A stretch of 64,000 bases of DNA from Clostridia bacterium (lineage in GTDB: Bacteria > Bacillota > Clostridia > Christensenellales > CAG-138): positions 12,990-76,989 of the forward strand of contig JAFSPW010000033.1 of the NCBI GenBank assembly GCA_017451295.1. Reading direction: 5' to 3'. A program made the translations under genes and the position numbers. Below, one piece after another: positions 28,751 to 37,202 of the stretch. The notes under the pieces were generated by a model. The model ran no database searches. It saw nothing but the letters and a program-made list of their open reading frames with translations, and was not told the origin of the DNA. The stretch's first letter is position 1, and each line of letters begins with the position of its first letter.

Positions 28751-29446
28751 ATGCAGCGTTTGGATGGGTTTATGGATAAGCTTGGTTATTCGTTTAGGGA
28801 CGAAAGCCTGCTTCGTCGTGCCTTAACTCACTCTTCCTGGGCGGTTGAACAGCACCGCATGGGGGAGGACAACGAGCGCCTGGAGTACCTGGGCGATGCC
28901 GTCTTAGAGTACCTGGTCTCCATGCGGCTGTATGATGCACATCCCGATATGAGAGAGGGGGCCTTGACGAGGCTTCGGGCGAAGCTGGTCTGCGAAGGGG
29001 CATTGGCCCATGCGGCAAGGAGCATTCAGCTGGGCGACTATCTGCTCTTAGGCCGCGGGGAGGAGCAATCCGGCGGCAGGGACAAGGATTCCTTGCTGTG
29101 CGATGCTTTTGAAGCCACTCTTGCAGCCGTATATTTGGATGGCGGTTTAGAGCAGGCGCAACGACTCGTGGATACCCTGGTGCTTACAAAGGAAGCGGAA
29201 GCGGCGCAAGTATCCACGAAAGACAGCAAAACCGCCTTTCAAGAGCTGGTGCACGCTGACCATACCGGAAAAACCATTCGTTATGAGCTCGTGTCCGAGG
29301 ATGGACCGGATCACAGCAAAACCTTCACCATGCGTGTCATGGTGGACGATATCCAATGGGGCATCGGCTCCGGACAATCCAAGCAGGCTGCCGGTCAGGC
29401 GGCGGCCAAGATGGCCATCGAGGCTTATTTGAAAGCATGCGATTAA
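28751..29446 (+). CDS. rnc: ribonuclease III
   Basis: NERLEYLGDAVL signature and a C-terminal dsRBD. 231 aa. Confidence 0.95.
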   Translation: MQRLDGFMDKLGYSFRDESLLRRALTHSSWAVEQHRMGEDNERLEYLGDAVLEYLVSMRLYDAHPDMREGALTRLRAKLVCEGALAHAARSIQLGDYLLLGRGEEQSGGRDKDSLLCDAFEATLAAVYLDGGLEQAQRLVDTLVLTKEAEAAQVSTKDSKTAFQELVHADHTGKTIRYELVSEDGPDHSKTFTMRVMVDDIQWGIGSGQSKQAAGQAAAKMAIEAYLKACD

Positions 29447-32400
29447 CAAAGCTGGAAATGCAGGGATTCAAATCCTTTGCAAAAAAAACAGAACTTCAAT
29501 TCGGCAACGGTATCACCGCCGTTATCGGTCCCAACGGCAGCGGCAAGAGCAACATTTCCGATGCCATTCGCTGGGTTTTGGGCGAACAGAGCGCCCGTGC
29601 CCTGCGGGGGAGCAAAATGGAGGATGTCATCTTTAACGGCACCCAAAAGCGTCGTCCCCTTGGCATGGCAGAGGTTGTCCTCACCTTCGACAACAGCGAC
29701 AAAACCCTTCCGGTGGAGTTTTCGGAAGTGGCCGTCACGAGGCGTGTCTATCGCAACGGGGACAGCGAATATGCCATCAACGGAAAAGCCTGCCGTTTAA
29801 AGGATGTTTTGGAGCTGTTTCGGGATACAGGCATCGGCAAGGACGGCTATTCCATCATCTCTCAGGGCAAGGTGGATGAAATCCTATCCAACAAATCCTC
29901 GGACCGCCGAACGGCTTTAGAGGAAGCGGCGGGCGTTATGCGCTATCGTGTTCGCCGCACCGAAGCGGAACGCAAGCTGGAAAGCACAGAGGACAATATG
30001 GAGCGCATTGCCGATATTCTGCATGAGCTTCACGGCCGCTTAGGTCCCTTGCATCAGCAAAGGGATAAAGCCTTGGTGTATCAACAGACCAAAGAGGAGC
30101 TCAAAACCCTGGAAGTGAACCTGTTCCTTCACGAGATGGAGAAGGATCAGGTTAAGATTTCCGACTTAAAGAGCGCACTCAATGCCATTCAAGAAAAAAT
30201 TGACCAGACCGCCGCGGAAGACCGGGTGATTCAAGAGGCGGGAAGGGCGTTGGAAGATGAAGTTCGTCTGCTGGATGAGAAGATGACCCAGGGGCAAAAC
30301 CGCCTGCTGGATTTGCTGTCCCAGGTGGAAGGCCATCAAGGGGAGGAAAAGGTTCTCTTGGCCCGTCAGGAATCGTTACATACCGAGCATGAACGGCTTT
30401 GCAAGGAAACGGAGGATAGACAAGCGGAGATAAAAGAGCTCCAAGCCGCTTTACAGCGCCTGTCTCTCTTTTCCACGGAGGAGAAAGGAACCCTGGAGGT
30501 TCAGATTGAAGAAGCGAACCAGGCTCTCTGTCAATTAAACCAGACCTGCCAAACCGCGGAAGCCGCTCTTGAAGAAAAGAAGAATCGAATCATGGAGGAG
30601 CTTAACCGCCTCTCCGACAAGAAGAGCAGCATATCCCGTCTTTCCGCCATGGAACAGGCTGTTATTGAAAGAATGGAGGCATCCAAAGGGGATGCCGACG
30701 AAGGCGATGCCCGACTTCAACAGCTGCAGGCGGAAAAGGACTCTGCCGTTTCCCTTCATAACGAGCTGCTGGCGCAGCGGGATAACCTTAGGGAAACGCT
30801 GGCCTTTGCCCGGGAAAACAACGCTGCCCTAATTTCAAAACAGGAAAAAGCGCTGAACGATTTGCACGATGCCGAGCAGCGTTCCAATACCATCTCCTCC
30901 CGGCTGCATGTTTTGGAGGAACTGGCCCGAAAGAGGGAAGGGTACCAGAACAGCGTTCGTCTGATTATGGAGCAGGCCGATAGGGATATCGAGCTTAAAA
31001 AGCGTATCTTAGGCGTGGTTGCCGAGCTTATCCATGTGCCTAAAGAGCTGGAGATTGCCGTTGGAACCGCCCTGGGAGGCGCTCAGCAGAACCTGGTGAG
31101 CAGAACCGGTCAGGATGCTAAATACATCATCGACACCCTGCGTCGGAACGACTTTGGCCGCTGCACCATTCTGCCGCTGGACTTGCTGAACGAGAATACC
31201 GTCAAGGATAAGGACCGCCACTTCGTGGAGGAGCGGGGTGTTCTGGGCCTTGCTTGTGAATTGATTCAATGGGAACCCGGCATCGACAAGGCGGTGGAGT
31301 ACCTTTTAGGCCGCACGCTGGTTGTGGAGAATCTTTCCGTTGGCGTGGACTTAAAGGTGCGTTCCGGCGGCACCTTCCAGATTGTCACCCTTAAAGGGGA
31401 TTTGATTACCCCCGGCGGCGCTATGACCGGCGGCAGCACCCAAAAGAAGAACTTCTCGTTGCTGGGTAGAGAGCGGGAAATCAGCGAGCTAAAGGAGCAG
31501 TACAAGCTTTCGGAACAAAAGCGCACTGAGTCGGAGGAGAATGCGACCCTCCTAAAGCAGCAGGTGGCTCAATCCGCCATTCAGGTGGATGGTCTTATCA
31601 TGGCCCTGCATGATAAGGATATTGAACTGGAAAAACACAATGAACACCTGTCCATCATCGACAGGGACATTCAAACGGCCATCAATGCCCGTGAATCTAT
31701 AGAGGAGCAGCGGGCTTTGGATGAGGAAAACCTTCGTTCCATTCGTGAGCGCATGGAGCAGCTTAGCCACGAGCAGTCCGATATGGAGGCGCAAGATTCC
31801 ATCAGCCGGCAGGAGGTAGTGGAGGAGTCGAAGGCTCTGTATGCCTTGCGGCATCGGCGGGATGAACAGGCGGAGGCGTTGACGGAGCTTCGCCTTCGGT
31901 TCACCGCCCTTGAAAAGGAAGCCAATGCCCGTGAAGCGGAAAAAGCGAACCTAATAAAGCAGATGGATCGGGCCGATGAAAAGATTGCATCGGATAGGGT
32001 GCAGATGGAGTCCATACAGTCTCAGCTGGAGCTGGCTTACAAGCAGAGAGAAGCCGTTCTGCAATCCGTTGCCGGAGGGAAGGAGCTTTTGGAGCAGGCG
32101 CAAAGTGAGCAAAAGCAGTTGGAGGAACAGCGCCTTGCCCAATCCGAAGAATTGCGGCTTCGTCGAACCAGACGGGAGGAGCTTTTAGCTCAGTCCAGGG
32201 ATTTGTTTGACCAGCGCACACGCACGGAGATGGCCTTGGGAAAACTGCAAACCTCCCTGGAACAGCAGCAGGATAAGATTTGGCAAAACTATGGTCTCAC
32301 CTATGAGAATGCCCTTGCCTTGAAGGAGGAGATTCCCATCACCTCCAGCAGCCAACGGGCCGCAAAACTGCGGGAAACCATTCGCTCCCTTGGTTCCGTG

Positions 32401-32991
32401 AATGTGGATTCCATAGAGGAGTATGAGCACGTCAGCAGCCGCTATGAGGCGCTGAACACCCAGTATGAGGATTTGGACAAGGCCGCCAAGGACCTGCACG
32501 TGTTGATTGATAAGCTGACCCATACCATGGAAAAGGTCTTTGCCACGGAGTTTGAGAGGGTGCAGACTGAGTTTAAGCAGGTGTTCGTGGCCCTCTTTGG
32601 CGGAGGACAGGCGGAGCTTCGACTCGGGGATCCCAAGGATGTGCTGAACTGCGATATCGACATCATCGCCCAACCACCCGGAAAAAAGCTGCAGCTGCTT
32701 AGCCTTATGTCCGGCGGCGAACGCGCGCTTACAGCCATTGCCCTGTTGTTTGCCATGCTCCGCGTGAAAAGCCCCGTGTTCTGCTTTCCGGACGAGATTG
32801 AAACCAGCTTGGACGAAGCAAATGTCAGCCGCTTTGCCGAGTTTGTTCGCGACTATGGTCAGCAGACCCAGTTCATTCTTATCACCCATCGCAAGGGCAG
32901 CATGGAAGTGTGCAACACTCTGTACGGCGTGGCAATGGAAGAAAAAGGCGTCAGCAGTATTGTATCGGCTAAATTTGAGGAGGCAACCTAA
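29437..32991 (+). CDS. smc: chromosome segregation protein SMC
   Basis: Start re-set to ATG 29437 (10-nt overlap with rnc). MRLTKLEMQGFKSFA...GPNGSGKSN, long coiled coils, a hinge, and the C-terminal LSGGE...D-E motif. 1184 aa. Confidence 0.95.
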   Translation: MRLTKLEMQGFKSFAKKTELQFGNGITAVIGPNGSGKSNISDAIRWVLGEQSARALRGSKMEDVIFNGTQKRRPLGMAEVVLTFDNSDKTLPVEFSEVAVTRRVYRNGDSEYAINGKACRLKDVLELFRDTGIGKDGYSIISQGKVDEILSNKSSDRRTALEEAAGVMRYRVRRTEAERKLESTEDNMERIADILHELHGRLGPLHQQRDKALVYQQTKEELKTLEVNLFLHEMEKDQVKISDLKSALNAIQEKIDQTAAEDRVIQEAGRALEDEVRLLDEKMTQGQNRLLDLLSQVEGHQGEEKVLLARQESLHTEHERLCKETEDRQAEIKELQAALQRLSLFSTEEKGTLEVQIEEANQALCQLNQTCQTAEAALEEKKNRIMEELNRLSDKKSSISRLSAMEQAVIERMEASKGDADEGDARLQQLQAEKDSAVSLHNELLAQRDNLRETLAFARENNAALISKQEKALNDLHDAEQRSNTISSRLHVLEELARKREGYQNSVRLIMEQADRDIELKKRILGVVAELIHVPKELEIAVGTALGGAQQNLVSRTGQDAKYIIDTLRRNDFGRCTILPLDLLNENTVKDKDRHFVEERGVLGLACELIQWEPGIDKAVEYLLGRTLVVENLSVGVDLKVRSGGTFQIVTLKGDLITPGGAMTGGSTQKKNFSLLGREREISELKEQYKLSEQKRTESEENATLLKQQVAQSAIQVDGLIMALHDKDIELEKHNEHLSIIDRDIQTAINARESIEEQRALDEENLRSIRERMEQLSHEQSDMEAQDSISRQEVVEESKALYALRHRRDEQAEALTELRLRFTALEKEANAREAEKANLIKQMDRADEKIASDRVQMESIQSQLELAYKQREAVLQSVAGGKELLEQAQSEQKQLEEQRLAQSEELRLRRTRREELLAQSRDLFDQRTRTEMALGKLQTSLEQQQDKIWQNYGLTYENALALKEEIPITSSSQRAAKLRETIRSLGSVNVDSIEEYEHVSSRYEALNTQYEDLDKAAKDLHVLIDKLTHTMEKVFATEFERVQTEFKQVFVALFGGGQAELRLGDPKDVLNCDIDIIAQPPGKKLQLLSLMSGGERALTAIALLFAMLRVKSPVFCFPDEIETSLDEANVSRFAEFVRDYGQQTQFILITHRKGSMEVCNTLYGVAMEEKGVSSIVSAKFEEAT

Positions 32992-33885
32992 ATGGCAAGT
33001 TTCTTTTCTAAACTGAAGGAAGGGTTGAAAAAGACCCGGGATACTTGGTTTGATTCCATCTTTGGCGAGGACAGAATCAGCGATGAATTCTATGATGAGC
33101 TGGAAGAAAGCCTGATTTTGGCTGACATGGGCGTGGAGGCTTCCACCGGCTTGGTTGAACAGCTGAAAGACAGAGTGAAGGAGCAAAAGCTCAAGAACAG
33201 AAGCGAAGCTAAAGATGCCCTTGTGCAGCTTATTGCAGAGCAAATCGCCCCCAAGGAACCTTTTATGCTGGATACCCAAAGCGGTGTTATACTGATTGTG
33301 GGTGTAAACGGAGTAGGGAAGACCACTTCCATTGGCAAGATTGCCCATGAGTATAAGAGTCGGGGACGAAAGCCCATGCTGGCCGCTGCCGACACCTTCC
33401 GTGCCGCCGCTGCGGAACAGTTGGGTATCTGGGCGGAACGAGCACAGGTGCCCATGGTTCGCCATCAGGAGGGCTCCGACCCGGCGGCGGTGGTCTTCGA
33501 TGCCATCGCTTCCTATAAGGCCAAGGGCTGTGATCTGCTGATTGTGGACACGGCCGGTCGGCTCCACAACAAAAAGAATCTGATGAACGAGCTAACTAAG
33601 ATTCGCAAGGTCATCGACCGAGAATTGCCCGGCATGCCCTGCCAGGTGCTCTTGGTTCTGGATGCCACGACGGGTCAAAACGCCATCGCGCAGGCCCTTG
33701 CCTTTAGAGAAGCCAGCGATCTAAACGGTGTCATCCTCACAAAGTTAGATGGTACGGCCAAGGGCGGCGTGGTGGTGAACATCTGCAACACGTTGCACGT
33801 TCCCGTCCGCTTTGTGGGCGTAGGGGAGGGGATAGACGATTTAAAACCCTTCGATGCCCAGGATTTTGCCCGAGCATTGTTTTAA
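32992..33885 (+). CDS. ftsY: signal recognition particle receptor FtsY (short form)
   Basis: NG domain: [24 protein letters not shown]. 297 aa. Confidence 0.95.
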   Translation: MASFFSKLKEGLKKTRDTWFDSIFGEDRISDEFYDELEESLILADMGVEASTGLVEQLKDRVKEQKLKNRSEAKDALVQLIAEQIAPKEPFMLDTQSGVILIVGVNGVGKTTSIGKIAHEYKSRGRKPMLAAADTFRAAAAEQLGIWAERAQVPMVRHQEGSDPAAVVFDAIASYKAKGCDLLIVDTAGRLHNKKNLMNELTKIRKVIDRELPGMPCQVLLVLDATTGQNAIAQALAFREASDLNGVILTKLDGTAKGGVVVNICNTLHVPVRFVGVGEGIDDLKPFDAQDFARALF

Positions 33886-33896
33886 GCGACAACAGA

Positions 33897-33932
33897 AAGG
33901 AGCAGCCGCAAATGTGCTGCTCCTTGTTGTTT
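33897..33932. terminator. bidirectional rho-independent terminator (ftsY / clpE convergent)
   Basis: 10-bp stem aaggagcagc/gctgctcctt, with an A-run on one side and a T-rich run on the other. Confidence 0.75.
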
Positions 33933-33939
33933 GGTTCGA

Positions 33940-36252
33940 CTATTTTCCCTGCACCGTCAGCTTATCGTTTCGACAGCCAACAGAGATATGGCTGATTTGG
34001 CCTTGACTGCTCATAAGCAAGTCCACAATTTTATCCTCCACTTCAGTTTCAATATAGCGCCTGAGGTTTCTTGCTCCAAAGGCCTGGGAGTAGGAGGAGA
34101 GGGCCAAATGCCTGGCAGCGGCATCGGACCAGGTGAGCGAAAGCCCCTTGTTGGCCATGGAGGCTTTCAGCTCCTTAAGCAGAATGTGGGCAATGCCGGT
34201 CATGCTCTCTTGGCTAAGATGAGAGAAGCAGATGATGTCGTCCAAACGGTTCAAGAACTCGGGACGAAGGAAGGATTTCAGGGCGTTCATAGCCTTTTCC
34301 TTGGTGCTTTCCATGCTGCTTCTGCTAAAGCCCACGGTACCGGAACCCTTCTCCTCGGATCCGGCGTTGCTGGTCATGATGAGGACGGTGTTGGCAAAAT
34401 TCACCTTGCGCCCATGGGCATCGGTGATATGGCCGTCGTCCAGAATCTGCAACAGGATGTTCATCACATCCGGATGGGCCTTCTCTATCTCATCAAAGAG
34501 AATGACACAGTAGGGACGGCGGCGCACGGTCTCCGTCAGCTGTCCGGCCTCATCATAGCCCACATACCCCGGAGGGGAGCCAATGATGCGGGAGACGGCG
34601 TGCTTTTCCATGAACTCGCTCATATCGAGGCGAACCAGCGCTTCCGGCCCGTCAAAGAGTTCCCGGGAAAGCTGCTTCACGAGCTCCGTCTTGCCTACGC
34701 CGGTGGGGCCGATGAACAGGAAGGAGATGGGCCGACGGGAATCGGAGATACCGGCCCGACGGCGCTTGATGGCGGCACATACCGCATCTACCGCCTGGTC
34801 CTGGCCCACGATACGGCCTTTGAGCCTGTCGGACAGGGCAGCTAAGCGCGTAAACTCCTGCTCCCGAATCTTCCCGGCGGGAATCTTTGTCCAAAGCTCG
34901 ATGATGCCCGCCAGAGAATCCACCGTCATGGTGGGCAAGCCCTGCTCCGTGAGCTCCTGTAGTCTGCCATCCAGCACATCTGTGCTCTCCTTGATAGCGG
35001 CCAGCCGTTCCTCCGTCTCGGGAGAAACCTCGCCCATCAGCAGGGAGGAGGCCTCTGCCTTCAGAGCGTTCATCTCTTGATGAATGCTTTCCATCTCCCG
35101 GCAGATAGGACTCTTCAAATTCAAATCCGCCGCCGCTTCATCGAGCAGGTCGATGGCTTTATCCGGGAGGAACCTGTCCGTGATATAGCGCTCGGACAAC
35201 AGCACCGCCTGCCGGGCCATGGCCTTGGGAATGACCACGGAGTGGTATGCTTCATAATAGTGTGCCACGCCCGAGACGATGGCGATGGAGTCCTCAATGG
35301 AGGGTTCCTCCACGGTGACCGGCTGGAACCGACGCTCCAAGGCCGTGTCCTTTTCAATATGCTTGCGATACTCCGTAAAGGTAGTGGCGCCGATAACCTG
35401 AATGTCCCCACGGGAAAGGGCGGGCTTTAGGATGTTGGCAGCGTTCATGCCGCCTTCCGCATCTCCGGCGCCGACGATGGAGTGGACCTCGTCTATGAAC
35501 AGAATGATGTTGCCAAGACTCTTAATCTCGTCTAACAGGCCCTTCATCCGGCCTTCCATCTGGCCGCGGTACTGGGTCCCGGCCACGAGGGAAGTCATAT
35601 CCAGCTGCCAAATCTCTTTATCCAGGAGCTTATAAGGGGCTTTCTTTTGGACAATCCGCTGCGCCAAGCCCTCTACAATGGCGGTTTTCCCCACGCCGGG
35701 TTCGCCAATCAGGCAAGGATTGTTTTTTAGCCTCCGGTTCAAAATCTGCATGGTGCGCTGCAGCTCCGTTTCACGGCCGATAAGGCCGTCCATCTTGCCA
35801 GAGGCGGCCTTGGCGGTTAAGTCGATGCAGAAAGCGTTCAGATACTTCTTTTCCGGTTCCTGCCGCTCGGCCGAGCGCCGCTGCTGACGGGTTTGACCGG
35901 CAGAAGCCTGTCCGTTCCCCTTCTGTTCACGGTTATCTCTGCGCGCGGCACCGGGAAACAGATTCCCGTACAGCCGCCGAAGAATGCTGTCTGTGCCGGT
36001 TTCGCCAATGTTGTTGGTGTCATCATCCACATTCATCAGCTCTCCGCCCAGAACCTCGTTGGCTTGCTCGCAGATAGCGTCCAGGTCCTCCTCACGAAGA
36101 CCCAGATTATTGAGCACATCGTCAATGGGCTTTAAGCCCAGCTCCTTGGCACATTTTAAGCAATAGCCTTCACTCTTCATCTCCCCGTTTTCCATCCGGG
36201 AGACAAAGAGCACGGCTTGATTTTTTTTGCACTTTGCACAAAGCGCCGCCAT
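33940..36252 (-). CDS. clpE: ATP-dependent Clp protease ATP-binding subunit, ClpE type
   Basis: 770 aa with two AAA+ modules (GEPGVGKTA; GPTGVGKTE). It has a short coiled-coil linker and a VGF ClpP-docking tripeptide. In place of a Clp_N domain it has an N-terminal CX2CX22CX2C zinc ribbon (C5,C8,C31,C34), the ClpE hallmark. Confidence 0.85.
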   Translation of the reverse strand: MAALCAKCKKNQAVLFVSRMENGEMKSEGYCLKCAKELGLKPIDDVLNNLGLREEDLDAICEQANEVLGGELMNVDDDTNNIGETGTDSILRRLYGNLFPGAARRDNREQKGNGQASAGQTRQQRRSAERQEPEKKYLNAFCIDLTAKAASGKMDGLIGRETELQRTMQILNRRLKNNPCLIGEPGVGKTAIVEGLAQRIVQKKAPYKLLDKEIWQLDMTSLVAGTQYRGQMEGRMKGLLDEIKSLGNIILFIDEVHSIVGAGDAEGGMNAANILKPALSRGDIQVIGATTFTEYRKHIEKDTALERRFQPVTVEEPSIEDSIAIVSGVAHYYEAYHSVVIPKAMARQAVLLSERYITDRFLPDKAIDLLDEAAADLNLKSPICREMESIHQEMNALKAEASSLLMGEVSPETEERLAAIKESTDVLDGRLQELTEQGLPTMTVDSLAGIIELWTKIPAGKIREQEFTRLAALSDRLKGRIVGQDQAVDAVCAAIKRRRAGISDSRRPISFLFIGPTGVGKTELVKQLSRELFDGPEALVRLDMSEFMEKHAVSRIIGSPPGYVGYDEAGQLTETVRRRPYCVILFDEIEKAHPDVMNILLQILDDGHITDAHGRKVNFANTVLIMTSNAGSEEKGSGTVGFSRSSMESTKEKAMNALKSFLRPEFLNRLDDIICFSHLSQESMTGIAHILLKELKASMANKGLSLTWSDAAARHLALSSYSQAFGARNLRRYIETEVEDKIVDLLMSSQGQISHISVGCRNDKLTVQGK

Positions 36253-36292
36253 TTGGCACCTCCGTTACTTGTTTGATTCTATGAGATTCGTA

Positions 36293-36631
36293 TTACTCTG
36301 ATTCCTCTGCCAATAGACCGGCAATCAGCGACAGCAGCATATCGTTGATGGAAGAAAGCCGCATCAGCACCTCCGGCATGGCCTCAGGGCGCACCTCCAC
36401 GCGGCACACCGTCATATCGTTGGCAGGGCGCAGATACCCCACGGAATAGGTATCCGTCACCAGCCCGTTGACATGCAGCAGGGCATGCATCATCTCGTCA
36501 ATCTGGGCCATGCGAACACGAGTCTGCTCGCTTATGCCACGACGCATCATCAGCAGACGAGAGGTGTTCATGTTCTGCGAGACGGTAAGCCAGGCCATTT
36601 GCAAGGCCTTATCCATATTCATTCTATCCAT
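36293..36631 (-). CDS. hypothetical 112-aa protein, first gene of the clpE transcription unit
   Basis: Start re-set to ATG 36631 (SD gggaggg 6 nt upstream). It ends 40 nt before clpE with no intervening terminator. I recognise no family. Confidence 0.55.
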   Translation of the reverse strand: MDRMNMDKALQMAWLTVSQNMNTSRLLMMRRGISEQTRVRMAQIDEMMHALLHVNGLVTDTYSVGYLRPANDMTVCRVEVRPEAMPEVLMRLSSINDMLLSLIAGLLAEESE

Positions 36632-36765
36632 ATGAAACCCTCCCTTCCGTATGCTGACATACAGCCATACATCTCTGCTGATAGCATACGCTTTCCATTG
36701 TAAAAATGTCAATCCATTTGTCGATGAATTCGATTTCCTGTTGCACGAAATTCACAATGTAAAAA

Positions 36766-36796
36766 GGAGGCTGCCAGGAACGTCCTGCCAGCCTGG
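36766..36796 (-). terminator. rho-independent terminator (minus strand)
   Basis: Read on the minus strand: ggctggcagga-cgt-tcctggcagcc (10/11 bp) followed by TCCTTTTT. Confidence 0.7.
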
Positions 36797-36843
36797 ATGG
36801 ATGACAAAATAGTGGACTTTCCTCGCAGCCCTGCCTTGGATTG

Positions 36844-36962
36844 CTTCTGTCTGTGATGTATGACAGTCATGACGGTCATTTCCAAAACTTTTTTTAGATA
36901 GATATTTTAAAAACGCCCTATACTAGTTTTTAGTATTGACTGTCATGACTGTCATAGATGGG
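36844..36962. repeat. 119-bp hairpin/palindromic element, copy A
   Basis: 20-nt arms tATGACAGTCATGACGGTCA (36859-36878) and TGACTGTCATGACTGTCATa (36937-36956) are fully complementary, with one G-T pair. The 57-nt AT-rich core contains aaaaacgccctatactagtttt. It is homologous to copy B at the same length. Confidence 0.85.
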
Positions 36963-37006
36963 GGCAGGGGAAGCCGTTTTTCGGCTGCCTTCTAAACGGC
37001 TAAAAC

Positions 37007-37033
37007 AAAAGGGGCTATCTGGCCCCTTTGTTT
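37007..37033. terminator. bidirectional terminator-like hairpin between the two repeat copies
   Basis: aaaaggggc-tatct-ggcccctttg, with an A-run and a T-run flanking. Confidence 0.6.
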
Positions 37034-37034
37034 C

Positions 37035-37153
37035 CTTCTGTCTGTGATGTGTGACGGCCGTGACGGGCATTTCCTAAAACTATTTTAGATTAAGAATTAA
37101 AAAACGCCCTATACTAGTTTTATGTATTGGCCGTCACGCCCGTCACACATGGG
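37035..37153. repeat. 119-bp hairpin/palindromic element, copy B
   Basis: Arms tGTGACGGCCGTGACGGGCA (37050-37069) and TGGCCGTCACGCCCGTCACa (37128-37147) pair at 18/20 positions. It shares the 15-nt left flank and the core 22-mer with copy A. Confidence 0.85.
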
Positions 37154-37202
37154 TGTAGGTAAGCTCGCTTCTCGGTCGAAGACCGTAGTTTCAGCCAGTA
37201 GC

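Noticed and set aside
32185-33567. 460-aa ORF on the minus strand. Similar long antisense ORFs occur at 33931-34845(+), 37122-38003(+), 39148-40032(-), 23395-24402(-), 43251-44003(-), 44683-45543(-), 55764-56654(+), 17152-17811(-) and 59014-59604(-).
   Set aside because: Each lies entirely opposite a gene with unmistakable family motifs (smc/ftsY, clpE, VanW, recX/nnr, aspS, add, ddh/folD, rarA, relA, floA). Their translations are Gly/Arg/His/Ala/Leu-rich with no recognisable motifs and no SD. These are typical shadow ORFs of GC-rich coding DNA.
36856-36897. 13-codon mini-ORFs starting in the left arm of each hairpin element: MYDSHDGHFQNFF at 36856-36897 and MCDGRDGHFLKLF at 37047-37088.
   Set aside because: They have the same length and stop position in both copies, which is intriguing. 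However, there is no SD (the upstream sequence is ctgtctgtg), and the frame conservation follows automatically from the equal-length repeat. The pattern of arm substitutions is better explained by base-pair conservation than by codon conservation.
36632-36962. CtsR operator hypothesis for the GTCAT/GTCAA-containing repeats upstream of clpE.
   Set aside because: Canonical CtsR sites are RGTCAAA-N3-RGTCAAA with a 10-nt period. The hairpin arms have a 9-nt period and mostly GTCATG. Copy B lacks the motif altogether (GCCGTG). The pair TGTCAAT-N5-TGTCGAT near the promoter has the wrong spacing. A terminator (36766-36796) also separates the repeats from the clpE promoter.
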